From: Solobacterium sp.
GTDB taxonomy: Bacteria > Bacillota_I > Bacilli_A > Erysipelotrichales > Erysipelotrichaceae
DNA length: 64,000 nt
Direction of reading: 5' to 3'
Assembly: GCA_017469355.1 (NCBI GenBank)
Contig: JAFUGM010000065.1
Location: forward strand, 29,263-93,262
The position numbers and the translations under genes are program-made. Of the stretch, positions 27,848-38,325 are shown one piece after another. The notes under the pieces were generated by a model. It saw only the letters and a list, made by a program, of their open reading frames with translations, did no database searches and was not told where the DNA came from. Within the stretch, counting starts at the first letter, position 1. The number at the start of each line of letters is the position of its first letter.

Positions 27848-29665
27848 ATGTGTGGAATTACCGGATTTACGGGCAAGCAGCCTGCGCTGCCGTTTTTACT
27901 GCAGGGGTTGTCCAAGCTGGAGTATCGCGGATACGATTCCGCGGGTGTAACCCTTGTCAACTCCAGAAAACTGAAAACATGGAAGGCGAAGGGTCGTCTG
28001 AGTGAGCTGGAAAAGCTGCTTTCAAGAAACCTGACGCAGTCCTGCGGCATTGGGCATACCCGATGGGCAACCCATGGTGTCCCCAGCAATATGAACGCAC
28101 ATCCTCATATGAATGAGGAAGAAACCATTTCAGTGGTTCATAACGGAATTGTGGAGAACTATGCGTCATTAAAGGAAGAACTGCTGGCGCAGGGCTATCA
28201 CTTTCAGTCGGATACCGACAGTGAAGTAATCGTACAGCTGCTTGACAGTTATTACCGTCGAAAGCCAGTGATGAAAGACGCATTGATGCGGACGGTAAAA
28301 CGATTGGAAGGCTCGTATGCCTTATGTGTTACTTCTATCTATGAGCCTAATACGATCTATGTGGCGAAACAGGAAAGCCCGATGGTGTTAGGGAGGTCGG
28401 AAGAAGGGACCTTCTGTGCTTCAGATGCGCCTGCCTTACTGGAATATACCAGAGAGATTCTTCCCTTGCAGGATGGGCAGTTTGCGATTTTGAATAAGGA
28501 CTCCCTGGAGGTGTTTGATGCTAAAGGGAAAACTGTGATCCCGCAATGGATTCACTTTCCTTATGACGTGCAGGCTGCGCAGAAAAATGGCTATGACTCG
28601 TTCATGATGAAGGAGATTCATGAACAGCCTTCCGTGATAAGAGAAACACTTCGGGGCCGATTTCATGGAAGCCGGGTTGTGCTTCCGATCATAGACCAGC
28701 TGGATGTTGACTGGACAACGATACATCAGACGATCTTCATTGCCTGCGGCACTGCCTATCATGCATGTGTTTATGCGGATATTCTTTATCGAAGATATAC
28801 CGGTGGGTTAAGCAGTGTCATTCCCGCATCAGAATTCCGTTATTCCAATCCTGCGGTGGATGAACATACGCTTTGTGTCTTCGTATCTCAGTCAGGAGAA
28901 ACAGCAGATACACTTGCGGCACTGAAACTCGCAAAGGCAAGAGGTTGTGTGACGATCGCAGTTGTTAATGTCCTTGGCTCTTCCATCGCGCGTCAGACAG
29001 ATGCGGTTCTGTATACGGCAGCTGGCCCGGAAATCGCGGTGGCGAGCACAAAGGCATATACTACTCAGCTGGTGCTTCTCCATGTGCTGGTATTGAAGCT
29101 GGCGGAACTCTTACAACATAGGGTTAGAGGAATTACCCGCATCATCGCTGACCTCAAGCGGCTGCCGGAGATAACGGAACAGGCATTGGAAACAGAACCG
29201 GAAGTAAAGAAACTGGCGCATATGTTAAAGGATAAAAACGATGCGTATTTTATTGGACGGCAGCTGGATTATCCGACCGCATTAGAAGGCGCTTTGAAGC
29301 TGAAAGAGATTTCCTATGTTCATGCGGATGCGTATTATGCGGGAGAGCTGAAACATGGCCCAATTGCGCTGATTGAACAAGATACTGTTGTGACGGCTAT
29401 CGCAACCCAACCGGAGGTGTGTGGAAAAACCATCTCCAATATCAAAGAGACCGTCGCCCGGGGAGCGAATGTTATCCTGATTACCAATCCGGATACTGAC
29501 GCAAAGGAATTCAAATATGTTGTTCGTATTCCTGAGGTAACACCGGAACTTGCGGCGATACCTTCTGCTGTGATACTGCAGTTATTTGCGTATTATGGGG
29601 CGAAGGAAAAGGGCTGTGATATTGATAAACCAAGAAACCTCGCAAAATCAGTAACCGTGGAGTGA
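27848..29665 (+). CDS. glmS: Glutamine-fructose-6-phosphate aminotransferase (isomerizing)
   Basis: MCGITG start (ATG 27848 behind AGGAGG), LEYRGYDSAG, GHTRWATHG, SQSGETADT, NLAKSVTVE C-terminus. Confidence 0.98.
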   Translation: MCGITGFTGKQPALPFLLQGLSKLEYRGYDSAGVTLVNSRKLKTWKAKGRLSELEKLLSRNLTQSCGIGHTRWATHGVPSNMNAHPHMNEEETISVVHNGIVENYASLKEELLAQGYHFQSDTDSEVIVQLLDSYYRRKPVMKDALMRTVKRLEGSYALCVTSIYEPNTIYVAKQESPMVLGRSEEGTFCASDAPALLEYTREILPLQDGQFAILNKDSLEVFDAKGKTVIPQWIHFPYDVQAAQKNGYDSFMMKEIHEQPSVIRETLRGRFHGSRVVLPIIDQLDVDWTTIHQTIFIACGTAYHACVYADILYRRYTGGLSSVIPASEFRYSNPAVDEHTLCVFVSQSGETADTLAALKLAKARGCVTIAVVNVLGSSIARQTDAVLYTAAGPEIAVASTKAYTTQLVLLHVLVLKLAELLQHRVRGITRIIADLKRLPEITEQALETEPEVKKLAHMLKDKNDAYFIGRQLDYPTALEGALKLKEISYVHADAYYAGELKHGPIALIEQDTVVTAIATQPEVCGKTISNIKETVARGANVILITNPDTDAKEFKYVVRIPEVTPELAAIPSAVILQLFAYYGAKEKGCDIDKPRNLAKSVTVE

Positions 29666-29702
29666 AAAAAGCACCTGGGGAGACACATCCTCAGGTGTTT
29701 AT
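29666..29702 (+). terminator. Bidirectional terminator between glmS and the convergent gene
   Basis: AAAAAAGCACCTG...CAGGTGTTT. Confidence 0.55.
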
Positions 29703-29708
29703 CTAAGA

Positions 29709-31649
29709 TCAGGGAAAGGGAATCCATTCCCTGAATTTGAAATAATTCGTGCGATAAATCATGCGTGAGATCAGGAAGAGATTCTCTACTTCCGTATTGA
29801 TCTGTTCCACTGCAGTGCGATCGAGCGTATCGTCATACTCATCGCTGGAAGCGTAATAAGCACCATCATCCGTGATCCAGCTTCCGTTGGGGAAGATGAC
29901 CAGTTTTGAGGATGGATCGAAGTAATCGGTTCCTACATAAATACGAGGTTCAAAGTGAATTCCCACCAGATTGAGTACGGTAGGAAGAATGTCGAACGTG
30001 CTGTTTACCCGGTCGAGTTTTTCCGGAGTCATGGAAGGTGTATAGAAGATCATTGGTGTACGGTCTTCGTTCAGTCCATCGAGGCGATCCGCCTCCTGTC
30101 CGCCATAATCCGCAAGTGTTTTAATCGCGGTTTCAAGCGGATGGTGATCCGCGAATAACACAATCAATGTGTTATCCAGTTTACCTGCCTGGTCTAACTG
30201 ATCCATCAGGTATTCAAGTGATTTATCAAGTTCGATGGACTTGGACAGATAGCGTTTAACTTCCATTGGATAGTCCGGATGAACCTGATTAATTTCATCC
30301 AGATATCGGTTGCCAAGCTCACTCTCCTGGTCGTAGGGGAAGTGTGTACTGCTTGTCACATAAAGGGAGAAGAAGCGGTCTTCATTAATCCAGAGCGGAA
30401 TGGTCAATTCCATCATTTCCAGATCCGACTGCCAACCCCAGATCTGTTTGTAGTCGAGGTCATCGAAATTGTAATAAGCCTGACAGCCGCTGTTGGAATA
30501 CAGCGTTCTTCGCTCATAGAATTCGTCCTGCCAGTTATGGTAAGCACTGGAGTAATAACCGGATTGATAGAACACATTGAAGATACTGTTGGCCCAATGA
30601 TTCTCCGCATAGGAATTCGGCGTACATACTTCGGAAAGCGGAACCAGAGACGTCTCTGAGACAAACTCGCTTTCTCCGGTCGCGCAGGAGAACTTCGGCG
30701 TGTAATGGTGGGTAAAATCCCATCCTTCTTCCTTCATCCAGTAGATGGTCGGGGTTAATACCGGATCAATTGCCATATAGTCGAACGCTTCAATCATGAT
30801 ATAGACCACATTGAAGTCCTGAAACATACCGGTATGATCGTTGTAATCATAAAGACGTCGGCCTAGCAGATATCTATCGATCGTACTGAGTTCATCGTTG
30901 GTTTCTTCCTGCATCATCGCAACCCAGGAACTGTCATCGATTTCACTCCGTCGGGTAATGACTTCCTCATTCTGCACATCGGTTTCCGGTGTTTCGGAGA
31001 CGATGAACTCCGGCTGTTCAGAAACGATGAGTTCTTCGTTACCGCTGTCTGCCAGTAAATCAAGCATCAGGAATCTTCCAAGTCCAACTTCCCGTATTGT
31101 TCGATCAATAAATGTCGGGTTGCTGTAAAGGCGAAGAAGTCCATCCGCAGCTAAGGAAGCGATACCCATACCTTCCAGTGCGATACAGCAGACTATTGTA
31201 AGAATCAGATGACGAACCTTCCGTATTGTTGAAAAGTAACAGCGGATATTCAGCACACATACAATGACCGGTGCCACAAGCGCAAGATAGTATTCCGGTT
31301 TGATGAGATTGATGAACTGACCTACAAATTCACTGATTCGCCCCATTCCATCCGATGCGGCTTTGACCGACATATAGGAACCATAGAAATTCATGAACTG
31401 GAGCTGCGTGATGGCATAGACCGAAAAGAACAGACCGATGATACTGACCAGCAGTTTTCCCGCTGCCTGTGGGAAAAGAGAACAGATCCACGCAAGAATC
31501 AAGGCCATGGAAAGAGAAAACAGTTCAATACGCAGAAAGGACGAGTTAAATACCTCAGGGAAGGAAAGAAGACGGAAAAAGGATTCCGTAATCAGAAACA
31601 TGAACGCAAGTTCAAGAAACAGGACTGAAAAGAAACTGCGTTTTTGCAT
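29709..31649 (-). CDS. LTA synthase (LtaS)/sulfatase family membrane protein
   Basis: Five N-terminal TM helices; IMIEAFD, CATGESEF, SAYH, STHFPY, FADHHP; start set at MQKRS (31649), uncertain. Confidence 0.85.
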   Translation of the reverse strand: MQKRSFFSVLFLELAFMFLITESFFRLLSFPEVFNSSFLRIELFSLSMALILAWICSLFPQAAGKLLVSIIGLFFSVYAITQLQFMNFYGSYMSVKAASDGMGRISEFVGQFINLIKPEYYLALVAPVIVCVLNIRCYFSTIRKVRHLILTIVCCIALEGMGIASLAADGLLRLYSNPTFIDRTIREVGLGRFLMLDLLADSGNEELIVSEQPEFIVSETPETDVQNEEVITRRSEIDDSSWVAMMQEETNDELSTIDRYLLGRRLYDYNDHTGMFQDFNVVYIMIEAFDYMAIDPVLTPTIYWMKEEGWDFTHHYTPKFSCATGESEFVSETSLVPLSEVCTPNSYAENHWANSIFNVFYQSGYYSSAYHNWQDEFYERRTLYSNSGCQAYYNFDDLDYKQIWGWQSDLEMMELTIPLWINEDRFFSLYVTSSTHFPYDQESELGNRYLDEINQVHPDYPMEVKRYLSKSIELDKSLEYLMDQLDQAGKLDNTLIVLFADHHPLETAIKTLADYGGQEADRLDGLNEDRTPMIFYTPSMTPEKLDRVNSTFDILPTVLNLVGIHFEPRIYVGTDYFDPSSKLVIFPNGSWITDDGAYYASSDEYDDTLDRTAVEQINTEVENLFLISRMIYRTNYFKFREWIPFP

Positions 31650-31767
31650 AACGTTATTGTACTCAAAATCCATATGGATCGCATGAAAAACGATTGTTGG
31701 GGAACCAATCTGGCAATGGACAAAAAAGAAGCAGGACCGTAGACTGAAATGGAAAGAAGGAAACGGA

Positions 31768-31932
31768 ATGGATATCAGAACATATTTCCCCGGACTTCTC
31801 TGTTTTGGATTCATGGTTCTGGGGTTAGGAACCGGGACAATGACCTATGTGATGTCTGTCGCATGGGCATATGTGGCGGTAAAGTTCGTGAACCATTACA
31901 TATTAAAAAAGAAACCGGAGTCAGAGGAATGA
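31768..31932 (+). CDS. Small membrane protein (54 aa), below the ORF-track cut-off
   Basis: MDIRTYFPGLLCFGFMVLGLGTGTMTYVMSVAWAYVAVKFVNHYILKKKPESEE; purine-rich RBS; ATGA overlap with the next ORF. Confidence 0.55.
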   Translation: MDIRTYFPGLLCFGFMVLGLGTGTMTYVMSVAWAYVAVKFVNHYILKKKPESEE

Positions 31933-32000
31933 ATATCGTAATTGTCATAGTGATGATTGTCGGCACCAGTCTTATGGTGCAGTGGGCAAGCAAGTTATGA
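31929..32000 (+). CDS. 23-aa hydrophobic peptide
   Basis: MNIVIVIVMIVGTSLMVQWASKL; ATGA overlaps at both ends; GGAG upstream. Confidence 0.4.
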   Translation: MNIVIVIVMIVGTSLMVQWASKL

Positions 32001-32212
32001 GTGAAGTGAAACCTGGAAGATACCGCCATTTCAAAGGGAAGGAATACACCGTCCTTGGCATTGCATTACACAGCGAAACCATGGAGGAGATGGTCGTTTA
32101 TCGGGCGGAATATGGCGAACATGGGCTCTGGGTCCGACCAGCTTCCATGTTTGCGGAAACCGTGGTTCACGAAGGGAAGGAAATCCCAAGGTTTCAATAT
32201 ATCGGCTCTTAA
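31997..32212 (+). CDS. DUF1653 domain protein
   Basis: PGRYRHFKGKEY...HSET.EEMVVYRA.YG...LWVRPASMF. Confidence 0.88.
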   Translation: MSEVKPGRYRHFKGKEYTVLGIALHSETMEEMVVYRAEYGEHGLWVRPASMFAETVVHEGKEIPRFQYIGS

Positions 32213-32241
32213 ACAATAACGAGGTCAACCATGGCCTCGTT

Positions 32242-32757
32242 TTAATGAAGCGATGTCAGAACTTTTAGTAACGTAATGGCGATAAGACACAGCAGATTCA
32301 TACGATTACGCCACCGCTTCCCAGAGAACAGGACATAGAACGCTATTCCAATCCCTATAGAGACAACACCCTGAATAAGCGTACCTTCGAAAATCAATGC
32401 ACGAATGCCAGTGAGAAGAAAGCTGGAGGGAATGGAGGCGATACATAACCCGCCCAGATAACCGCCGGTATGACTTCCATAATATGCGCCAAGGCCACCG
32501 GTAATACTGCTTACTACCACAAACCATAGGGTTCCAAGCGATAACTCCGTCGCTCCTTTCAGCGATGTGCTGATTACAGCACCGATAAGAACACATCCGG
32601 TAAGTCCCATGGAAGAGGGAATGGTATCCGCCAGAAAAAACGCAGTCACAAATCCTGCGATCGTCCACCAGGTGACCATATCTGTTCCTGATTGAGCAGG
32701 AAGAACGCAGAGTACAAGGCCAATTCCTAACGCGCAAAGATAACGATACTTCTTCAT
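32242..32757 (-). CDS. Hypothetical multi-pass membrane protein
   Basis: 171 aa, Gly-rich hydrophobic segments. Confidence 0.65.
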   Translation of the reverse strand: MKKYRYLCALGIGLVLCVLPAQSGTDMVTWWTIAGFVTAFFLADTIPSSMGLTGCVLIGAVISTSLKGATELSLGTLWFVVVSSITGGLGAYYGSHTGGYLGGLCIASIPSSFLLTGIRALIFEGTLIQGVVSIGIGIAFYVLFSGKRWRNRMNLLCLIAITLLKVLTSLH

Positions 32758-32826
32758 ATAAGCTTATTATTCTGAATTCAACCATGCATGAAAAGTAAAA
32801 TGCCTGCCATGATTGGCAGGCAGAGA

Positions 32827-33306
32827 TTATTCCATCGGATTCGTGGAGAGGTGAAACTCCTGAATCAAAGCGTTGAAACGCAAGCGTTCCTTTTCTTTCA
32901 CCGGTTTAGAGAGATCCGCAAAACAATGATGGATGACATCGGCGTCTTTAAGTACCTCATCCAGAGGCGAATCGATGACATGCTTGTCATCGTGATGGTA
33001 GATCATGGAACAGATGAGATCGGTTTCCTCCGCATTCGTTAACCCCGCATGTTCAAGCATGCGGCGGGCGTATTCAGCTCCCTTATGCGCGTGATCATCA
33101 TAGGAACCATACATATATGCGGCGATATCATGCAGAGCTCCGGCAATGGCAGGGAGTTCATGATTCAGCCCACGCCGCTCAGCGATGAATCCTGCCGCAA
33201 GCGACACTCCAAACAGGTGTTCCAGTGCCTTGTCACGGCGGCTGAGATCAGGCATTCCATTCAGTTCTTCCCGTACAAGTTGCTTAATATCTTCCAGTCT
33301 GCTCAT
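32827..33306 (-). CDS. HD domain phosphohydrolase
   Basis: EHLFGV, GALHDIA, DHAHKG, IYHHD, LKDAD. Confidence 0.88.
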   Translation of the reverse strand: MSRLEDIKQLVREELNGMPDLSRRDKALEHLFGVSLAAGFIAERRGLNHELPAIAGALHDIAAYMYGSYDDHAHKGAEYARRMLEHAGLTNAEETDLICSMIYHHDDKHVIDSPLDEVLKDADVIHHCFADLSKPVKEKERLRFNALIQEFHLSTNPME

Positions 33307-33388
33307 TTCCGTAGTACCTCGTATTCACAATTATAGCCGCTGTCGGAGAATCTCCATATAATGAAACCAGTTCAGGGGGTATGACACT

Positions 33389-34144
33389 ATGAGAGAAAAC
33401 CGTGAATTTTATATTAACGATCAGGGAACAGAACTTCATCTGAAGCTGGAAGTTCCAGAAGCACTCAAGGAGCCTCATACCCTTGGGATCGTCGTTCATG
33501 GGTTTACCGGAGACATGGAGGAGCCCCACATTATTACTGCGACCAAGGCACTGCGCGATGCGGGATGTGCGTCACTTCGGGCAGAACTATATGGACATGG
33601 GAAAAGTGGCGGCGCGTTCTTTGACCATACCATTGACCGCTGGCTGGAGAATCTTAGAGCTGTCATTGCCTATGCCAGAACATTAAAGGAGTATGACCGC
33701 CTGATTCTCTGTGGTCACTCTCAGGGTGGGCTGCTTGTCATGTTGGAAGCAGCAGAAATCCCGGATCAGATCGATGCGCTCATTCCACTGTCTCCTGCTG
33801 TCATGATTCCCGAAGAGTCAAGAAACGGAATCCTGCTGGGAGTGCAGTTCTCGCCTGATCATCTTCCGGAACAGATTCTTGTGGAAGATGGAATACCGCT
33901 TGGAAAAGCCTATCTTGAATGTGCTCAGGCGATTGACCCATATGCGGTTATCGGGGCGTATCATGGCCCGGTGCTGATTGTTCATGGGGCGGATGACCTG
34001 ACCGTACCGCTTTCAGTCGCAGAGCGAGCGAGTAAAGAATATGAGAATGTGACGCTTACGGTAATCGAAGGAGAAGATCATTGTTTTGACTTCCATCCGG
34101 ATCAGATGGCAGAAGCGGTGCGCTCGTTTGTGGAAAAGCTGTGA
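33389..34144 (+). CDS. Alpha/beta hydrolase (cinnamoyl/feruloyl esterase-like)
   Basis: VVHGFTG, GHGKSGG, GHSQGG, HGADD, EDHCF catalytic triad pattern. Confidence 0.88.
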   Translation: MRENREFYINDQGTELHLKLEVPEALKEPHTLGIVVHGFTGDMEEPHIITATKALRDAGCASLRAELYGHGKSGGAFFDHTIDRWLENLRAVIAYARTLKEYDRLILCGHSQGGLLVMLEAAEIPDQIDALIPLSPAVMIPEESRNGILLGVQFSPDHLPEQILVEDGIPLGKAYLECAQAIDPYAVIGAYHGPVLIVHGADDLTVPLSVAERASKEYENVTLTVIEGEDHCFDFHPDQMAEAVRSFVEKL

Positions 34145-34180
34145 AATCATTCTCAAACTGGATGAAAGATCATAATTCTT

Positions 34181-34984
34181 ATGGTAAAATACCAACATTG
34201 TGCCGGAATTGAAAACCTTCCGGCATTATCAACGTTGGAGGAAACCCCTTTGTCTGAAGCTACAAAAAAGCAGATCTCAAGAAGAGTAATGCGTTTTCTG
34301 TTAGAAGCTGTTTCGATCGCATTCGTGATTGCGGTCATTTTTGTGGTACTGCGCAAGTGGGCTCCGGGTCTCATTGAGACAGTTGAAACAGGAGATGTAA
34401 ATCAGGTAGAGGATTATATTCGTCATCAGGGTGCGATGGGGAAATCGATTCTGGTTCTGATTCAGGTGGTAGAGACCATATCTATTGTGCTTCCGGCAGT
34501 TCCGGTATTTATTGCGGCAGGCGCATTGTTTGGTAAGCTGCACGGCTTCCTGCTTTGCTATATTACGAATCTGGTTATGAACTATATTATTTTCACGATC
34601 GCAAGAAAGTTCCGTATCCGCACGGATGACTTTGACGAGGCTGCCAGAAATCCCCGGATCGAAAAGCTGATGACAGTTTCCGATCGTCCGGTACTGTTTG
34701 TGATTCTTCTGAGTCTGATTCCGGTCATTCCCAATGGCACGATTCCGTATGTGTCTGCGCAGACTGGAATGGATGAAAAAGAGTATATGAAGGGGCTTGC
34801 GATCGGGTCGATGCCAACGATTCTTTTCTACGCATGCTTCGGTGATATTCTTCTTAACTTCAGCTTCCGTTCCATTCTTCCATTCTTGATAGTCATTATC
34901 GTGGCGGTGGTAGCGATCGTAGTTTTCCGCAAGCAGATTCTGGCATTATTTGAAAAACTGAATGAAAAGCGTCTGGCGAAATAA
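34181..34984 (+). CDS. TVP38/TMEM64 (DedA/VTT) family membrane protein
   Basis: VLPAVPVFIAAGALFG, LSLIPVIPNG, AIGSMP. Confidence 0.85.
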   Translation: MVKYQHCAGIENLPALSTLEETPLSEATKKQISRRVMRFLLEAVSIAFVIAVIFVVLRKWAPGLIETVETGDVNQVEDYIRHQGAMGKSILVLIQVVETISIVLPAVPVFIAAGALFGKLHGFLLCYITNLVMNYIIFTIARKFRIRTDDFDEAARNPRIEKLMTVSDRPVLFVILLSLIPVIPNGTIPYVSAQTGMDEKEYMKGLAIGSMPTILFYACFGDILLNFSFRSILPFLIVIIVAVVAIVVFRKQILALFEKLNEKRLAK

Positions 34985-35188
34985 TGGTTCAGCCTAAAAT
35001 CTGTGCATAGATAGAATAATGGAGAATCAATTCAGGAGTATCCATTACATATAGCTTTCAATTTCAAGCTTAATGAAAGCTGTTTTTATTATCTGAAGCG
35101 ACCCGTCACCGCATTTTGTAAGACCAATATGGATGTATCCTATTTCCGTTGATGAAATTGAATAAATTTCTGCCGATATATTTAATTG

Positions 35189-35214
35189 CCGAAATTAATA
35201 GAAATTATTTTCGG
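35189..35214. promoter_or_regulatory. Inverted repeat in the abiEi promoter region
   Basis: CCGAAATTAAT-agaa-ATTATTTTCGG (1 mismatch) just upstream of the RBS. Confidence 0.5.
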
Positions 35215-35240
35215 AATAGCCTATATTCAGGGACAAGGAG

Positions 35241-35831
35241 GTGATGACTGTGATCGTACTTGATGAGAACCAGAAATACTACACAACCAATGAGCTGAAA
35301 GACATGGGTTATTCTTACTACAAGATCGGCCAGATGGAAGAACGTGGTCAGCTGCACCGCATCAACAGGGCCACTTACGAAAACCTCGATTATAACGGTG
35401 ATGAGAATGATTTCATTAACGCTGCTGCATACGCTCCAGACGGTGTGATTTGTCTGATGAGTGCCGCCCGATATTATGAGCTTACTAATTTCCTTCCCGA
35501 TGTGATCAATGTTGCGATCGACCGGAAGAAAAAAGTCAGTACTCTTCCTGACTGGCCCCAGATCAAGATATTCTATTTCGCTCCTTCTCGTATGGGTACC
35601 GGTGTCATGGAGATTACGGAAGGTGGCAATTCATTCCACATCTTTGATATTGAAAAGACCGTTGTTGATATTATTTACTACCGCAATAAGATCGGTATTG
35701 AGGAAACATCGGAAGTTCTGCGCAACTATCTAAAGAGAAAGGATCGGCAAATCGACCGGCTCTATACTTACGCTAAAATACTGCGGTGCGAAACTATTTT
35801 AAGAACTTATCTGGAGGTGCTTGTTTCATGA
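35241..35831 (+). CDS. Type IV toxin-antitoxin system AbiEi-family antitoxin
   Basis: wHTH N-terminus (YYKIGQMEERGQLHRINRATY), GVICLMSAARYYEL, IFDIEKTVVD, YLEVL; start may be GTG 35250. Confidence 0.85.
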   Translation: MMTVIVLDENQKYYTTNELKDMGYSYYKIGQMEERGQLHRINRATYENLDYNGDENDFINAAAYAPDGVICLMSAARYYELTNFLPDVINVAIDRKKKVSTLPDWPQIKIFYFAPSRMGTGVMEITEGGNSFHIFDIEKTVVDIIYYRNKIGIEETSEVLRNYLKRKDRQIDRLYTYAKILRCETILRTYLEVLVS

Positions 35832-35849
35832 ATCAGAAAAGGATCTGCG

Positions 35850-37238
35850 TTACAGATCCTCTTGGCGGGGCAGACTGATTTTACAGCCGCACCCGCCTTT
35901 ATTTTTGACTTCATATACTGCTTCATCTGCGCTGGCAAACAGATCCGCATAGGTTTCATGATATATGCCAAACGCTGCGCCACAGCTGACACTGGCAGAT
36001 GGAAGCCCATCCGCAGGAGCCTGTAACTGGTCGTTGATCGTACGAAGTTTATATTCGATCAATGAAGCAGAAGGGGAACTGATATCCCGCATGATGACAA
36101 TGAATTCATCTCCTCCAGGCCGGCATACATAATCCTGCGAACGGAAAGCACTGCGAAGAACTTGAGCTACACGGATTAATACCTGGTCTCCCACCACATG
36201 ACCATAGGTGTCATTAATACCCTTGAATTTATCGACATCGATTACTAACAGTGCCGAGGAAGGAAGATCCAGATTCCTTACAATCAGATCATATCCTGCG
36301 CGGTTATAACAGCCGGTCAGTTTGTCATGGGAAGCTTCAAACGCAAGATGCCGGTTCTGTTCCTGATGCGATTCAAACATCCGGTTATAGGTAGAGGCGA
36401 GGAAGCGGAACTCAGAAGATCCCTTGATAGGAATCAGTTCTTCCTGACGAATATACTGTTCTGCTTTCAGAAGGGGATTGATGACGAGGATCAATGTTGT
36501 AATCAACATCCCGATAGAGATCAATATTAATAAGACAATCACGACTGCCTGCCAGATTAACAGGTATTGCAGTTCCACCTGAATGGTGGACTGCGCAGAC
36601 TCTACTTCATCTTTCAGGTCGATGAGACAGCTTTCGATATGCGAAGATATCGTGGCTTTATTCTGCTGGTACGTGCTGTCATAGATGATTCGCCGGGCAA
36701 GAAATTCCTTTTCAAACGAGGAAGAGTTACGGTCTTCCTCACTGAGTATTACATTCTGTATCTCCTGCGGAAGTTCGGATACTTCATATCCATACGCATC
36801 TGATGTCAGGCGCATCGCATAGTATTCCCGATCCATCAGCCGTACGGATTCCGCCATTGCCTGTTCGAGTGACTGATATGCCTGAGAGTCGCCATGGATT
36901 TCCTTGAGTTCTTCCAATCCTTGATCTCTTGTGCGAATAGACAGTGCTTCTTCAAAGTACGCGTCCATATATTCCTTGTTTCCTGTCTGCACATAGAGTC
37001 TTGCGTAGTTGGTAAGAATATCGGATCCATCCTGCAGTTTCTCCGCACTGGTCTGCCAGTCGATCAGGTTATGGGTACTTTCAGAAATTGCCTCATACCC
37101 CTGATTGATTCTTACCGTCACAAATAGCAGTACCGCGGAAAGAAGAATCATGAGACTGACCATGACATACAGAAGATGTCGAATGGAGAGATCGAACGGA
37201 AGTTCAGACTGTTCTGTTGTTGTGGTTGGGTTGTTCAA
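35850..37238 (-). CDS. Membrane-bound diguanylate cyclase (GGDEF)
   Basis: Two TM helices around a periplasmic-type domain; HDKLTGCYNR, DVDKFKGINDTYGH..GD, RPGGDEF; TTG start at 37238 is tentative. Confidence 0.9.
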   Translation of the reverse strand: MNNPTTTTEQSELPFDLSIRHLLYVMVSLMILLSAVLLFVTVRINQGYEAISESTHNLIDWQTSAEKLQDGSDILTNYARLYVQTGNKEYMDAYFEEALSIRTRDQGLEELKEIHGDSQAYQSLEQAMAESVRLMDREYYAMRLTSDAYGYEVSELPQEIQNVILSEEDRNSSSFEKEFLARRIIYDSTYQQNKATISSHIESCLIDLKDEVESAQSTIQVELQYLLIWQAVVIVLLILISIGMLITTLILVINPLLKAEQYIRQEELIPIKGSSEFRFLASTYNRMFESHQEQNRHLAFEASHDKLTGCYNRAGYDLIVRNLDLPSSALLVIDVDKFKGINDTYGHVVGDQVLIRVAQVLRSAFRSQDYVCRPGGDEFIVIMRDISSPSASLIEYKLRTINDQLQAPADGLPSASVSCGAAFGIYHETYADLFASADEAVYEVKNKGGCGCKISLPRQEDL

Positions 37239-37408
37239 ATGAATACCATCCTTTGTTATATGGCGGAAACATAAGGTACACACGTTCCGCACAGCAAGAA
37301 AGAATAGCACGAGTTAACGAGTCTGTACAGGATGAGCGCATGTATATCAATGGAATAAAGGTTTCGGGAAGACTATAGTAAAAGACATAACCGAAAGGAC
37401 AGATAACA

Positions 37409-38215
37409 ATGAGTGTTTTGGAGTTGGTAAGTGAAAGAAGAAGTGTAAGAACATTCGATGGAAGAGCGCTGGAAGAAGAGGACGTACAGAAGATCAGTTC
37501 GTTTGCGTCCGCAGTGAAGAATCCGTATGGGATTCCTGTAAAATGGGTGCTACTCAGTGCTTCCACCAGTAAGCTTAATGTTCCGGTAGTTACCGGCGCA
37601 GATACCTATCTTGCGGGTGTGGTTGCGGATGTGCCGCATGCGGAAGAAGCGTTTGGCTACGCGTTTGAACAGGTTGTGTTATATGCGCAGTCATTGGGAA
37701 TCGGGACAACCATCATTGCCGGAACGATGGATCGGGAAGGCTTTGAACGGGCTATTTCTTTGAAGGAAGGCGAAGTCATGCCATGTGTGACACCGCTTGG
37801 CTATCCCGCAAAGAAGATGTCCTTCCGTGAACAGATGATGCGTAAGGGAGTAAAGGCAGATGTCCGCCTCCCGTTTGAAAAGCTGTTTTTCAACGAGACA
37901 TTTGAAACCCCGCTTTCCAAAGAAGAAGCAGGAACCTATGGTGACCTTCTGGAGCTAGTACGTTTAGCACCTTCGGCAGTCAATCGTCAGCCATGGCGTA
38001 TTGTAAAGCAGGGCTCACAGTTTCATTTCTTTGAGACAAAAGCCAAAGGGTTTGACGATGGCTGGGATATTCAGAAAGTCGATCTTGGAATCGCGTTAAG
38101 TCATTTTGCGTGCGGACTGGATGAGCAGGAAATTCAGGCAGAGTTTGTGCTTGAGGAACCGGAACTCTCCTTACCGGAAAACACACAGTATATCGCCACA
38201 TATCGGATTGGTTAA
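37409..38215 (+). CDS. Nitroreductase family protein
   Basis: RRSVRTF, RLAPSAVNRQPW, DLGIALSHF. Confidence 0.9.
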   Translation: MSVLELVSERRSVRTFDGRALEEEDVQKISSFASAVKNPYGIPVKWVLLSASTSKLNVPVVTGADTYLAGVVADVPHAEEAFGYAFEQVVLYAQSLGIGTTIIAGTMDREGFERAISLKEGEVMPCVTPLGYPAKKMSFREQMMRKGVKADVRLPFEKLFFNETFETPLSKEEAGTYGDLLELVRLAPSAVNRQPWRIVKQGSQFHFFETKAKGFDDGWDIQKVDLGIALSHFACGLDEQEIQAEFVLEEPELSLPENTQYIATYRIG

Positions 38216-38325
38216 TCCATCTGAATCCTTACCATTCACATAGCGCTTTGGGACACTTTGTTCTAAAGCACTTTTTAAGAGAATAAAAATCACCGCAGCT
38301 TATGCGGTGACAGGAATTTCAAGAA

